The notes beneath the pieces were generated by a model that saw only the letters and a list, made by a program, of their open reading frames with translations, was not told the origin of the DNA and searched no databases. The translations under genes and the position numbers were made by a program. This document shows positions 49,338 to 60,492 of a stretch of DNA of 64,000 nucleotides, piece after piece. The first letter of the stretch is position 1; each line of letters opens with the position of its first letter. The stretch comes from an uncultured Alphaproteobacteria bacterium (lineage in GTDB: Bacteria > Pseudomonadota > Alphaproteobacteria > Rhizobiales > Kaistiaceae): assembly GCA_963822975.1 (NCBI GenBank), contig CAWGJV010000027.1:8885-72884 (forward strand), given 5' to 3'.

Positions 49338-49373
49338 CCGTTCGTGCAGAAAGTCGGCACCGGAGGTTCGTAG

Positions 49374-50153
49374 ATGCTGACGACGTCTGCTGCGTATCGC
49401 ATTCTCACGCGCGATATCGATCGCACGCTTGCGCAGACCGCCGCCGAACGGCCGGTGGCGCTGGAGAGCGACTACTATCTCAGCCACATCGGCGACGTGC
49501 ACAGCGTTGACGACTTCCTCAAGGACACCCGCCTGTTCAACTACGCCATGAAGGCGTTCGGCCTGGAGGACATGGCCGGCGCCAAGGCGTTCATGCGCAA
49601 GGTGATGGTCGAGGGCGCGTCTGACCCGAAGAGTTTCGCCAACCGGCTGGCGGACGATCGCTTCGTGCGCTTCGCGACGACTTTCGATTTCGCCGACAAT
49701 CCCGAAACAGCGGCGACGACCACCGACGCGCAACAGGGCGTTGTCGATCGCTACGTGCGCCAGACGATGGAGATTTCCGCCGGCAGCGACAATGACGGCG
49801 TGCGGCTGGCGCTGTATTTCGCCCGCGAGGCGCCGAAGGTCGCATCCGCCTACGGCCTGCTCGGCGATCAAGCCTTGTGGAAGGTGGTCAAGACGATCTT
49901 CGGCTTCCCGGACGCAATGGCCAATGCCGACATCGAGAAGCAGGCGGCGGCGGTCGATGCTCGCCTCGACATCGCCGATCTCAAGGATCCGGCGAAACTC
50001 GATCGCCTGATATCGCGCTTCTCGGCCGCCTGGGACGCCAGCGAGGTGGCGCCGGCCGATCCGGTTCTGGCGCTGTTCGATAACAGCCAGGGGCCGACGG
50101 TCGACCTCAATCTGGTCATGACGCTCAAGTCATTGAAATACGGAGGATTTTGA
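49374..50153 (+). CDS. DUF1217-family flagellar-locus protein
   Basis: 259-aa intact ORF preceded by GGAGG. ..YYLSHIGDVHSVDDFLKDTRLFNYAMKAFGLEDM..RKVMVEG.. and a second similar half (..ALWKVVKTIFGFPDAM..) fit the two-repeat DUF1217 proteins found beside flgF in alphaproteobacteria (from memory). Confidence 0.65.
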   Translation: MLTTSAAYRILTRDIDRTLAQTAAERPVALESDYYLSHIGDVHSVDDFLKDTRLFNYAMKAFGLEDMAGAKAFMRKVMVEGASDPKSFANRLADDRFVRFATTFDFADNPETAATTTDAQQGVVDRYVRQTMEISAGSDNDGVRLALYFAREAPKVASAYGLLGDQALWKVVKTIFGFPDAMANADIEKQAAAVDARLDIADLKDPAKLDRLISRFSAAWDASEVAPADPVLALFDNSQGPTVDLNLVMTLKSLKYGGF

Positions 50154-50881
50154 GTTCCGTGTCAGTCGAAGCCTATGTCGCAATCTCGGCGCAGCGGGCG
50201 ACGGAAACCCGCCTCGAGGCGATTGCCAGCAACATCGCCAACATGAACACGGCCGGCTTTCGCGCCGCCGGAATCAGCTTCTCCGCCGAGATGGTGCAGG
50301 TCGGCCAGGATCAGGTCGCCTTCAGCTCGGCCGGCGAGACCTACGTCATCCGTGACCAGGGTCCGATCAGCTTTACCGGCAACAGCCTCGATGTCGCCGT
50401 GGACGGCAATGGCTGGTTCGGTCTCGATACCGGAAAAGGAACCGTCTACACGCGCGACGGTCGCTTCCACATGACCGACCAGGGCGACCTGCAATCGGTC
50501 AACGGCTATGCGGTGGTGGATGCCGGTGGCTCGCCGATCGTGCTCGATCCGTCGGCAGGCCCCGTCCATATCGGAGAGAACGGCGCCGTCAGCCAGGGTG
50601 GCAGCCAGGTCGGCGCCATCGGGCTCTTCCTGATTCCGGACGACGCCAAGCTGACGCGCCACGACAATTCCGCGGTGACCGCGGACAAGCCGGTCGAGCC
50701 GGTCGAGGACATGACCGCCAACAGCGTCCGCCAGGGCTATGTCGAAGGCTCCAACGTCAACCCGATCCTCGAGATGACGCGGCTGATCGAGGCGTCGCGC
50801 GCTTTCGACCAGGCGACCGCGGCGGCGACCCAGGACGACCAGATGACGCAGGAAGCCATCCAGACTCTTGCGCCCGGATAG
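50150..50881 (+). CDS. flgF: Flagellar proximal rod protein FlgF
   Basis: 243-aa ORF starting at TTG 50150 or GTG 50159. It has ..RLEAIASNIANMNTAGFRA.. and ..VRQGYVEGSNVNPILEMTRLIEASRAFD... Confidence 0.85.
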   Translation: MSSVSVEAYVAISAQRATETRLEAIASNIANMNTAGFRAAGISFSAEMVQVGQDQVAFSSAGETYVIRDQGPISFTGNSLDVAVDGNGWFGLDTGKGTVYTRDGRFHMTDQGDLQSVNGYAVVDAGGSPIVLDPSAGPVHIGENGAVSQGGSQVGAIGLFLIPDDAKLTRHDNSAVTADKPVEPVEDMTANSVRQGYVEGSNVNPILEMTRLIEASRAFDQATAAATQDDQMTQEAIQTLAPG

Positions 50882-50890
50882 GCCACGGCG

Positions 50891-52213
50891 ATGACGGCCC
50901 TCGACAGACTGGCGCACGCGGTGGCGATGGCGGAGGCGGAGGTGCCGTTCGTCGAACTCGGCGGGGTCGTGCGCGAGGTCGCGCCCGGCCATTACCGGGT
51001 GCGCGGCCTGTCCGGCCTGGTCAAGCTCGGCGATCGTGTCCGCATCGACGACGGCGATTGCGCGACACTCGGAGAGATCGTCCGGATCGGCGAGGCGGAC
51101 GCCATCGTCAAGCCGTTCGACGCCCGTCAGGCCGTCGGCACCGGCATGCCGGCGCGGCTCGTCGGGCCGATGCGACTGTTTCCATCCGAGGCCTGGAAAG
51201 GCCGTGTTATCAATGCATTGGGCGAGCCGCTCGACGAACATGGGGCGCTGCCGCGCGGTGACGTTTCGGTCGTCATCGACCGTCCACCGCCGGCGGCGAT
51301 GACCCGCAGGCGGGTCACCAAGCCGCTCAGGACCGGCGTGCGCGTCATCGACCTGTTCACGCCGCTCTGCCAGGGGCAGCGGGTTGGCATCTTCGCCGGC
51401 TCGGGCGTCGGCAAGTCGACGGTGCTGTCGATGATCGCCCGCTCGGCGGATTTCGACACGGTGGTCGTGGCGCTGGTCGGCGAGCGCGGCCGCGAAGTGC
51501 GCGAATTCCTGGAGGGGCCGTTTGCCGACAACCGACCGTCGGCCGTCACTGTCGTGTCGACCGGCGACGAGAGCCCGATGATGCGGCGCCTGGCGCTCTC
51601 CTCGGCTATGGCGGTGGCGGAGTATTTCCGCGATCAGGGCGATGCGGTGCTGCTGATCGTCGATTCGGTGACGCGCTACGCCCATGCGGCGCGAGACGTG
51701 GCGCTCGCCGCCGGCGAGCCGGCCGTCGCTCGCGGCTACACACCGAGCGTCTTCAGCGACCTGCCCAAGATGCTGGAGCGGGCGGGGCCGGGCCGCGAGG
51801 GCACCGGCTCGATCACCGGGGTCTTCGCCGTGCTGGTCGATGGCGACGATCATAACGACCCGGTCGCCGATGCGATCCGCGGCACGCTCGACGGCCACAT
51901 CGTGCTGGAGCGGACAATCGCCGATCAGGGCCGCTACCCGGCGGTCAACGTGCTGTCGTCGATCTCACGGGTCGCCGACGTGGTGTGGACCGGCGAGCAG
52001 CGCCAGCTGGTGCGGACGCTGAAGAGCATGGTGGCGCGCTTCGAGGACACGCGCGATCTCCGGCTGATGGGTGGGTACCACCCGGGCAACGACGTCGAAC
52101 TCGATCGCGCCGTCGCCATGGTTCCCCGCATCTACGATGCGCTGCGCCAGGATCCGACCGCCAAGCCGAGCGCCGACGTCTTCGCCGACCTCGCCCAGGT
52201 TCTCCGTCCCTGA
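50891..52213 (+). CDS. fliI: Flagellum-specific ATPase FliI
   Basis: 440-aa intact ORF with Walker A GIFAGSGVGKST, Walker B ..AVLLIVDSVTRYA.., and ..GSITGVFAVLVDGDDHNDPVADAIRGTLDGHIVL... Confidence 0.9.
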   Translation: MTALDRLAHAVAMAEAEVPFVELGGVVREVAPGHYRVRGLSGLVKLGDRVRIDDGDCATLGEIVRIGEADAIVKPFDARQAVGTGMPARLVGPMRLFPSEAWKGRVINALGEPLDEHGALPRGDVSVVIDRPPPAAMTRRRVTKPLRTGVRVIDLFTPLCQGQRVGIFAGSGVGKSTVLSMIARSADFDTVVVALVGERGREVREFLEGPFADNRPSAVTVVSTGDESPMMRRLALSSAMAVAEYFRDQGDAVLLIVDSVTRYAHAARDVALAAGEPAVARGYTPSVFSDLPKMLERAGPGREGTGSITGVFAVLVDGDDHNDPVADAIRGTLDGHIVLERTIADQGRYPAVNVLSSISRVADVVWTGEQRQLVRTLKSMVARFEDTRDLRLMGGYHPGNDVELDRAVAMVPRIYDALRQDPTAKPSADVFADLAQVLRP

Positions 52214-52284
52214 GCATCCAGCCTCGCGCAAGCAAGCGGCCATAGGCTGCGGAAGCTCGATCCTGCCTGGCGAGGAGTCCGACC

Positions 52285-53547
52285 ATGAGCCTTTACGGCG
52301 CCCTGCGTACCGGTGTTTCCGGAATGAATGCCCAGTCCACCAAACTGTCGACGATCGCCGACAACATCGCCAATACGGGCACGACCGGCTACAAGGCGGC
52401 CTCCACCCAGTTCTCGGCGCTGGTTCTCGACAGCAACGCCAACGCCTACAATTCCGGCGCGGTGTCGGCCAACGTTCGCCACGCCATCGGCAAGCAGGGC
52501 TCGCTCGCCTACACGACCTCGCCGACCGACCTTGGCATCCAGGGCAACGGTTTCCTGATCGTCTCGGACCCGAACGGACAGCCTTTTCTGACCCGCGCGG
52601 GCTCGTTTACGACCGACGCGACAACCGGAAACCTGGTCAACAGCGGCGGCTTCACGCTTCTCGGCTACGCGCTCGACGACGGCAACCCTGAGGCCGTGCT
52701 CAATGGCGTCGCGAACCTCACCCCGGTCAACCTGACCGACAAGAATCTGCAGGCGGTGCCAAGCACCGGCGGCGTCTTCACGGTCAACCTGCCGGCGAAC
52801 TCGGCGCTGGAGACCGGCGACACGCCCGTCGACAACCTGTCGACCTCCGCCTACACGATCAAGTCGTCGATGGTTTCCTACGACAACATCGGCAACCCGG
52901 TTACCCTCGACGTCTATCTCACGAAGACCGGGACCGGGCCCGACACGTGGGAGATGTCGGTGTTCAACCAGGCCGACGCGACCTCGGGCGGTTTCCCGTA
53001 CGGGACCTCGGGCTCGGCGCCGCTGGCAACCGACACTCTGACCTTCGACGCCCTCGGTCAGCTGACCAGCTCCCCGTCGCTGGACATCCCCGTTCCGAAC
53101 GGCTCGACGCTCTCCCTGGACCTCGGTGGGACGACACAGCTCGCCACCGACTTCACACCGATGAATGTCGCCATCAACGGCAATGCGCCGAGCAGCATCT
53201 CCGGCATCAATATCGATGCCGACGGTTACGTCTACGCCACTTACGATAACGGCTCGCGCGTCGCGGTTTACCGTGTGCCGTTCGCGACCGTGCCGAGCCC
53301 GGACAACCTGCAGCCGATTCCGGGCGATGCCTTCGCCATCACGACGTCCTCGGGCGACATCCAGATCGGTTTCCCGACCGAGGGCGGGCGCGGCAGCCTG
53401 GTGGCGGGCGCGCTCGAACAGTCGAACGTCGACATGGCTTCCGAGCTCACTGACATGATCGTGGCGCAGCGCGACTACACCGCCAATTCCAAGGTCGTCC
53501 AGACAAGCTCGGAGCTTCTCGACGTCCTGATGAATCTGAAACGCTGA
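52285..53547 (+). CDS. flgE: Flagellar hook protein FlgE
   Basis: 420-aa intact ORF preceded by GAGGAG. It starts MSLYGALRTGVSGMNAQSTKLSTIADNIANTGTTGYK and has ..GALEQSNVDMASELTDMIVAQRDYTANSKVVQTSSELLDVLMNL. Confidence 0.85.
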   Translation: MSLYGALRTGVSGMNAQSTKLSTIADNIANTGTTGYKAASTQFSALVLDSNANAYNSGAVSANVRHAIGKQGSLAYTTSPTDLGIQGNGFLIVSDPNGQPFLTRAGSFTTDATTGNLVNSGGFTLLGYALDDGNPEAVLNGVANLTPVNLTDKNLQAVPSTGGVFTVNLPANSALETGDTPVDNLSTSAYTIKSSMVSYDNIGNPVTLDVYLTKTGTGPDTWEMSVFNQADATSGGFPYGTSGSAPLATDTLTFDALGQLTSSPSLDIPVPNGSTLSLDLGGTTQLATDFTPMNVAINGNAPSSISGINIDADGYVYATYDNGSRVAVYRVPFATVPSPDNLQPIPGDAFAITTSSGDIQIGFPTEGGRGSLVAGALEQSNVDMASELTDMIVAQRDYTANSKVVQTSSELLDVLMNLKR

Positions 53548-53587
53548 TCGGTTCGGGAGAGCCTGACCAGGCAACGAGACCGCCGCC

Positions 53588-55058
53588 GTGAGCCTCGCAA
53601 TCGCCCTCAATACGGCGCGGTCCGCCCTGCAGACGACGGCCGCCCAGATCGCGTCCTCGGGCGGCAATATCGCCAATGCCGACGACCCGACGCGCTCGCG
53701 CAAGATAGCCCAGCAGACGACAAGCGCCAGCGGCGCGCCGCTGGTGACCATCACGCGTGCCGGCGACCCCATGCTGGCGGCGCGGCTGCTCGCGTCGAAA
53801 TCCGCCGCCGCAGGATCGCAGGCGCTGGCTGACGGCCTCGACCGCTTGCACGAAACAATCGGCGATCCGGCGGACGGCGCCTCGCCGGCGGCGCGCGTGG
53901 CGGCGCTGTCGTCGGCGCTGCAGGCTTACGCCAATGCGCCCTCCAACCGCAGCCTCGCCCAGGCGGCGGTGACGGCGGCGCAGTCTCTGGTGTCCACTCT
54001 CAACAGCGCCACGCAGACGGTCACGACCGTGCGAAGCGACGCAGACGCGGCGATGGCGCAGTCGGTTTCCAGCCTCAATACCTTGCTCGGCCAGTTCGAG
54101 GGGCTCAACAACCAGATCGTCGCCGGCAGCCTGCAGGGCCAGGACGTCACCGACGCGCTCGACCGGCGCGATGCGTTGCTCGGTCAGATCAGCGACGAAA
54201 TCGGCATCAACGTCGTCAGTCGGCCGAACAACGACATCGCCATCTACACCGATAGCGGCGTGACACTTTTCGACAAGGTGGCGCGGACCGTCTCCTTTGC
54301 GGCCTCCGGCACGCTGACGCCGGGGAGCGAGGGCGCCGCGGTCATCGTCGATGGCGTCCCGGTCACCGGCGGCAATGCGACCATGCCGATCTCGTCCGGC
54401 AGGCTCTCAGGCCTGGCGACGCTCCGCGACGTAACGGCCCCGGCCTATCAGGGGCAGCTCGACGAACTGGCGCGGGGCCTCGTCGAATCCTTCGCCGAAT
54501 CCGACCAGTCCGGCGGCGGCGGAGCCGACCTGGCGGGGTTGCTGACATGGTCGGGAGGGCCTGCGATCCCGACGACGGGCGCGCTTTCGTCCGGCATCGC
54601 CGGATCGATCAAGGTCAATCCGGCCGTGGTTCCGTCGCAGGGCGGCAAGCATCGACCTGATGCGCGATGGCGGCATCAACGGCGCCAGCTACCGCTACAA
54701 CACCAGCGGTGCGGCGGCCTATTCCGACCGGCTGAACGGCCTTGTCGATGCGCTGGGCGCGGCGCGCAGCTTCGACGGGACCGCCGAATCTCGGCGCATC
54801 GGCGAGCGTCACTCGACGTTCGGCACCGACTTCGGTCGGCTGGCTGGAGGACCAGCGCCAGACCGCGTCCGACGCCGCCGATTACCAGGGAACGCTGCGT
54901 TTCGCAGGTCACGACGGCGGTTTCCAATGCCGCCGGCGTCAATCTCGACGACGAGTACGCGTTGCAACTCCAGCTCGAACAAAGCTACCAGGCGTCGTCC
55001 AAGCTCATCACGTTGATCAACTCGATCGTACCGGACCCTGCTCGACACGGTTGCCTGA
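53588..55058 (+). pseudogene. flgK: Hook-filament junction protein FlgK, 4 frame disruptions in the 3' third
   Basis: GTG start. MSLAIALNTARSALQTTAAQIASSGGNIANADDP.. runs contiguously to about 54645. The rest alternates frames (about 54645, 54790, 54905, 55025) and ends ..VNLDDEYALQLQLEQSYQASSKLITLINS/YRTLLDTVA*. Confidence 0.8.
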
Positions 55059-55060
55059 CG

Positions 55061-56103
55061 ATGCGCACGGCGTCCATCTCGACATTGTCACTATGAGCAC
55101 GCCGCGCACCGGCGTTGGCCGGATGCAGGCCGATCTCGTGCGCCTCAATCAGGAGGTCGTCACAGGTCGCATGGCTGACGTCGGACTCACGCTCGGCGCC
55201 CGAACCGGACAGAGCGTCACCCTGCATGTCGACAAGCAGGCGCTGGCCGCATTGGCCGACAGCAACGCGCTGCTCGCCGGGCGGCTGCAGCAGACCCAAT
55301 CGGCGCTCGACACGATGCGCTCGGATGCGGAGGGTTTCCTTCACGACCTGATCGGCGCGCAGACTTCGGTGGATTCGGACACACTGCCGCAAAGCGCACG
55401 GGCAGCCCTCGCCAGCTTCATCAGCACGGCCAACGCCGCCGATGGACGACAGTTATCTGTTCGGCGGCATCAATACCGCCAACGCCGCCCATCGCGCGAG
55501 TACGATGCCGGTCCTGGCGCGGCGCTCGATGCTGCCTTCCTCGCGAAATTCGGCTTCACCCAGGACGACCCGGCCGCAGCCGGCATCGACGGCGCGGCGA
55601 TGGCCGACTTCCTCGACAACGAATTCGACCACGCTTTTCGCCGATCCGGACTGGGGCACGACATGGTCTTCGGCCTCGAGCCAGAACACGAGCACAGCGG
55701 ATTTCGCTGACCGAGCAAGTCACGACGTCGGTGAACGCCAACGAGCCAGCCATGCGCAAGCTCGCCGAGGTCTACTCGATGGTGGGTTATTTGGGGACGG
55801 ACGGGCTGGGCGAGATGCACGTCAGGCGATCGCGGACAAGGCAGCAAGTCTGCTCGGCGGCGCCGGCGACGGGTCTGGTCGGCCTGCAGGCCGACGCTCG
55901 GCGCGGTGCAGAACCAGACCAGCGACGCCAGCGAGCGTCTGCGGCGTTCAGCAGATCGCTCCTACAGACACGCATCGGAACGCTTGAGGGTATCGATCCC
56001 GCCGAAGCCAAGGTCACGGATCGACACGCTGAGTACGCAGATAGAGATGTCGTATTCGCTTACCGCAAAGCTCCTTCAGATGAGCATTCTCAACTATGCG
56101 TAG
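55061..56103 (+). pseudogene. flgL: Hook-filament junction protein FlgL, about 10 frame disruptions
   Basis: ATG lies 2 nt after the flgK stop. The segments MRTASISTLSL, ..RMQADLVRLNQEVVTGRMADVGL.., YLFGGINTAN.., ..NEPAMRKLAEVYSMV.. and the C-terminus ..IDTLSTQIEMSYSLTAKLLQMSILNYA* are distributed over all three frames. Confidence 0.7.
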
Positions 56104-56124
56104 GGATGGAGTGGAAAAGCCTCA

Positions 56125-56470
56125 ATGTACAAAATGAGCTATGCCGAAGTGATGGAAAGCGGCGCCCGCGCCGCCCGCGATCGCGAGAAAGAGGCACTCG
56201 ACCGCGCCATCGAGCTGATGACCGCAGCGCAGGCCGTGGGCGCGTCTTCGCCGAGACAACGGAGGCGGTAGCCTACGTCCAGAAACTGTGGACCTTTTTC
56301 ATCGAGAGCTTGACGGATCCGAACAACGATCTCGGCCCGCCCTGAAGCAGGACCTGATCTCGATCGGACTCTGGGCGATCGCGGAATCGGATCGTGTTCT
56401 GGCCAACCCGGACAAGGGTTTTTCCGCGCTTATCGACGTCAACAAGACGATCCGGGACGGCCTGGCATGA
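56125..56470 (+). pseudogene. flaF: Flagellin synthesis regulator FlaF, 2 frame disruptions
   Basis: MYKMSYAEVMESGARAARDREKEALDRAIELM.. / ..AVAYVQKLWTFFIESLTDPNNDL.. / ..LKQDLISIGLWAIAESDRVL..FSALIDVNKTIRDGLA* lie in three frames. The stop overlaps the flbT start (ATGA). Confidence 0.75.
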
Positions 56471-56889
56471 TGAAACCAATGCAGCTGTGGCTGAAGGCAG
56501 GCGAGCGCATCTACGTCAACGGCGCAGTGGTGCGCGTCGATCGGAAAGTGGCAGTGGAGTTGTTGAATGACGTGGTGTTCCTCCGGGAAGCCCACGTCCT
56601 GCAGGCCGACGAGACGATCACGCCCCTCCGCCAGCTATATTTTGTGATGCAGACGATCCTGATGTGCCCGGATCAGGCGGAAGTCGCCCGGCGACTGTTC
56701 GCCGAACTCCACGGCTCTACGGCGGCCTCGTTCTCAAGTCCGACTGTGGCGGCCGGTCTCAGCGAGGTCGACCAACTGGTGCGATCCGACCGCGTGTTCG
56801 ATGCACTCAAGGTCATGCGGGGCTTGTTCGACGAGGAAGACAAAATCCTCAGCAAACCGGTCGGTCGCAACTCCTCGCAGGCGGCTTGA
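56467..56889 (+). CDS. flbT: Flagellin translational regulator FlbT
   Basis: 140-aa intact ORF. ..LWLKAGERIYVNGAVVRVDRKVAVELLNDVVFLRE..LRQLYFVMQ.. is typical of FlbT, and the gene is paired with flaF. Confidence 0.8.
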   Translation: MMKPMQLWLKAGERIYVNGAVVRVDRKVAVELLNDVVFLREAHVLQADETITPLRQLYFVMQTILMCPDQAEVARRLFAELHGSTAASFSSPTVAAGLSEVDQLVRSDRVFDALKVMRGLFDEEDKILSKPVGRNSSQAA

Positions 56890-56905
56890 AAGGAAGAACA
56901 CAGAC

Positions 56906-57302
56906 ATGACAACGGTGGCCCCCGTCGGCACGACGTCCACTCAGGACACGAAGCCGAAGTCTTCGGTCGGTGATCTCGACTACAACGCGTTTCTGAAGCT
57001 CCTGATCGCCCAGTTGAAGAACCAGGATCCCACGCAGCCCATGGATTCCAAGGATTTTGTGGCTCAGTTGGCCACGTTCTCGCAGGTCGAGCAGAGCATC
57101 GGCGACCAACACCAAGCTCAATTCGCTGCTGACCGCTTCCTCGTTGACCATTGCCGATGCCGTCATCGGGCGCGTCGTGATGTCAGCGGACGGCGCCACC
57201 GCCGGCACAGTGGCTTCGGTCAAGATCACCGCCGACGGCCCCATCGCTACGCTGACGGACGGCCGCCAGGTTACCCTCGGCTCCGGTATTCAGGTCGCGT
57301 AA
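56906..57302 (+). pseudogene. flgD: Hook capping protein FlgD (short rhizobial type), 1 frame disruption
   Basis: ..DYNAFLKLLIAQLKNQDPTQPMDSKDFVAQLATFSQVEQSI joins ..TKLNSLLTASSLTIADAVIGRVV.. in another frame. The switch is near 57100. Confidence 0.75.
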
Positions 57303-57306
57303 TCCC

Positions 57307-57573
57307 ATGAACGAGGCAGACGCCATCGAACTGGTCTACGGCGCCATCTGGACGATCATTGTGGCCGCGGGCCCGGCCGTGCTCGCCGCCATGATCGTCG
57401 GCGTCGCGATCGCGCTTTTCCAGGCCCTGACCCAGGTGCAGGAGATCACGCTGACCTTCATTCCGAAGATCATCGTCATCCTGCTGGTCACGGCTATCAG
57501 CGGGTCGTTCATCGGCGCGCAGATATTCGCCTTCGCCAGCGAGGCCTACGCCCACATAGCCACCGGCTTCTGA
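57307..57573 (+). CDS. fliQ: Flagellar export apparatus protein FliQ
   Basis: 88-aa intact ORF with two TM helices. It has ..AIWTIIVAAGPAVLAAMIVGVAIALFQALTQVQEITLTFIPKI... Confidence 0.9.
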   Translation: MNEADAIELVYGAIWTIIVAAGPAVLAAMIVGVAIALFQALTQVQEITLTFIPKIIVILLVTAISGSFIGAQIFAFASEAYAHIATGF

Positions 57574-57630
57574 CCGGCGGCCGCGCCGGAACACCATCCT
57601 CGCACAAGCCCCGGCGGGCACTATCGCGGC

Positions 57631-59735
57631 ATGAGCGCGATAGACAACAAAGCAATCCTTGAGAATGTGCCCGGCGAGGCGCGGTCGATGCGCGACATCG
57701 GCTTCGCGGTCGGCATACTCAGCATCCTGGCGATCCTCTTCGTCCCGATCCCGCCGTTCCTGATCGATTTCGGGCTGGCGCTGTCGATCGCGTTCTCGGT
57801 AATGATCCTGCTGGTTTCGCTGTGGATTCAGCGGCCGCTCGATTTCTCCGCCTTTCCCACCGTCCTGCTCATCAGCACCGATGCTTCGCCTGTCGCTCGG
57901 CATCGCCACGACGCGGCTGATCCTGTCGCGCGGCGACGAGGGCGTCTTCGCGGCCGGCCACATCATCCAGGGCTTCTCGCGCTTCGTGATGAGCGGCGAC
58001 TTCGTCATCGGCATCGTCGTCTTCCTGATCCTGGTGACGGTCAATTTCGTCGTCATCACCAAGGGCGCGACCCGCATCGCCGAGGTCGGCGCCCGCTTCA
58101 CCCTCGACGCCATTCCCGGCAAGCAGATGGCGATCGACGCCGACCTGTCGTCGGGCCTGATCGACGACAAGGAGGCGCACCGTCGCCGGCGCGAACTGGA
58201 AGACGAGAGCGCCTTCTTCGGCTCCATGGACGGCGCCTCCAAATTCGTCCGCGGCGAGGCCATCGCCACGTATCATCGTCATCGCCGTCAACATTTTCGG
58301 CGGCATCATCATCGGCGTCACGCGCCATGGCATGGCGCTTTCCTCCGCGGCGGACGTATTCACCCGCCTGTCCGTGGGCGACGGGCTGGTCTCCCAGATT
58401 CCCGCGCTGATCATCTCGCTTGCCGCCGGCCTGCTGGTCTCCAAGGGCGGCACCCGCGGGCCGGCAGAACGCGCCGTGCTCGACCAGCTCAGCGCCTATC
58501 CGCGCGCCCTGTTCGTCGCCGCGGTCCTGATGTTCATTCTCGGCCTCGTGCCGGGTCTGCCGACCGTCCCTTCGCGCTGCTCGGCGTAGGGCTTGCGGCT
58601 GGCGGCTACATCGATCACGCGCCGCGCCGCGCGTTCTTCGCGAAGCGGAGGCGCAGAAGGTGCGCACGGAAGAGGCCAAGGTGCGCGCGGAGGCGAAGAA
58701 TTCGGTCAAGGATGCGCTGAAGACCGACGACGTGGAACTGCTCGTCGGCAAGCACCTCGCCAGTCACGTGCTCCGCTCGCCGCAGGAGATCGCGCATCGC
58801 GTCGGCGTCATGCGGCGCAAGTTCGCCCTCCAATACGGCATCGTCGTGCCGGAAATCCGGGTCAACGAGAGCCTGTCGGTCGCCTCCAAGGGCTACACGG
58901 TCAAGATCCACGGCACGACGGTCGCGACGCAGGAACTGCGTATCGGCGAACTGCTGGTCGTGCACGGCGAAGGCCCTGCCGCCGGACGTGCCCGGCGAGG
59001 CGGTGCGCGAGCCGGCCTTCGGCATGCGGGCGCTGTGGATTCCATCGACCTACGATGCCGAGGTGCGCCGCGGCGGCTTCATGCCGGTGGACAACCTTTC
59101 GGTGATGCTGACCCATATCAGCGAGATCGTCCGCAACAACCTCGCACAGCTTCTTTCCTACAAGGACACGCGGACGCTGCTCGACCGGCTCGACCCGGAA
59201 TACAAGCGGCTGCTGGAAGAGATCACGCCGGCGCAGATTTCCTACTCGGGCCTGCAGGCGGTGCTCAAGGCGCTGCTGGCCGAGCGCGTCTCCATCCGCA
59301 ACCTGCAAATCATCCTGGAAGCCATCGCCGAGATCGTGCCGCACGCCCGCCGTCCAGAGCAGATCGCGGAGCATGTGCGCATGCGCATCGCGCAGCAGAT
59401 TTGCGGCGACCTCGCGCATGGCGGCATGCTCAACGTGCTGCGCCTCGGCAACCGCTGGGATCTCGCCTTCCACCAGAGCCTCAAGCGCGACGCCAAGGGC
59501 GACGTCATCGAATTCGACATCGACCCGCGGCTGGTCGAGCAGTTCGCCACCGAGGCTTCGGAGATCATCCGCAAGCACATGGCCGAGCGACCCGAACTTC
59601 GTGCTGGTCACCGCGCCCGAGGCGCGGCCCTACCTGCGCATGATCATCGAGCGGATGTTCCCGTCCCTTGCCGTGCTGTCGCATGTCGAAATAGCCCGCG
59701 GCGTCGAGATACGGTCCCTCGGGACAATTGCGTGA
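57631..59735 (+). pseudogene. flhA: Flagellar export gate protein FlhA, at least 6 frame disruptions
   Basis: The segments ..DIGFAVGILSILAILFVPIPPFLIDF.., ..[63 protein letters not shown].., ..[19 protein letters not shown].. and the C-domain ..[39 protein letters not shown].. lie in different frames. Switches are at about 57875, 58265, 58565, 58615, 58975 and 59595. The total length is about 701 codons. Confidence 0.9.
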
Positions 59736-60489
59736 GCGCGATAGCGCCAGAAACGATCCTCTCCGTCTTCGCGATCTTTTGCCGCGTCGGCGCCTGCCTG
59801 ATGGTCGCGCCGGGCTTCTCCAGTAGCCCAGGTGCCGACCCGTTCGGCTGTACATCGCGTTCGCCGTGTCACTGGCGCTTGGCGCCGATGCTGATCGAGG
59901 AGGTCAGGCCGACCCTGGGCGACGGCAACGAGTCCGACATGCTGGGGGTGCTCTTCGGCGAACTGGCGACCGGGCTGCTGATCGGCTTCGTCACGCGCCT
60001 GCTGTTCATGGCGCTGCAGATGATGGCCACCGCCATGACGCAGGCGATCGGTCTCAGCGCGATGCCCGGCACCGCCATCGAGGACCATGAGCAGGTGCCG
60101 GCGCTGACGACCTTGTTTTCCGTGGCGGCAACGACGCTGATGTTCGTCACCGGCCTGCACATCGAACTGATGCGCGGGTTGGTCAATTCCTACGCCACGA
60201 TACCGCCCGGCGTGGGCTTCGCTGTGCGGCCCGGCGTTATCGACGTCGCCGACAAGGCCGGCGCGGCCTTCCTGGCCGCCATCCGGATCGGCAGCCCGTT
60301 CATCGTCTATTCGATCGTGGTCAACTTCGCGATCGGCTTCACCAACAAGCTGGTGCCACAGATACCGGTCTTCTTCATCGCCACGCCGTTCGTCATGCTC
60401 GGTGGGCTGTTCCTGCTGCTCGCTCACCGTCCACGATTTCCTCAGCTATTTCGTCATCGGCGCTCGACGCCTGGCTGGTCGGCGACTGA
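59732..60489 (+). pseudogene. fliR: Flagellar export apparatus protein FliR, at least 4 frame disruptions
   Basis: The GTG start overlaps the flhA stop (GTGA). The main frame has ..[23 protein letters not shown].. and ..[36 protein letters not shown]... There are short excursions at 59825-59885 and a switch near 60420 before the end ..[12 protein letters not shown]. Confidence 0.85.
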
Positions 60490-60492
60490 GCC

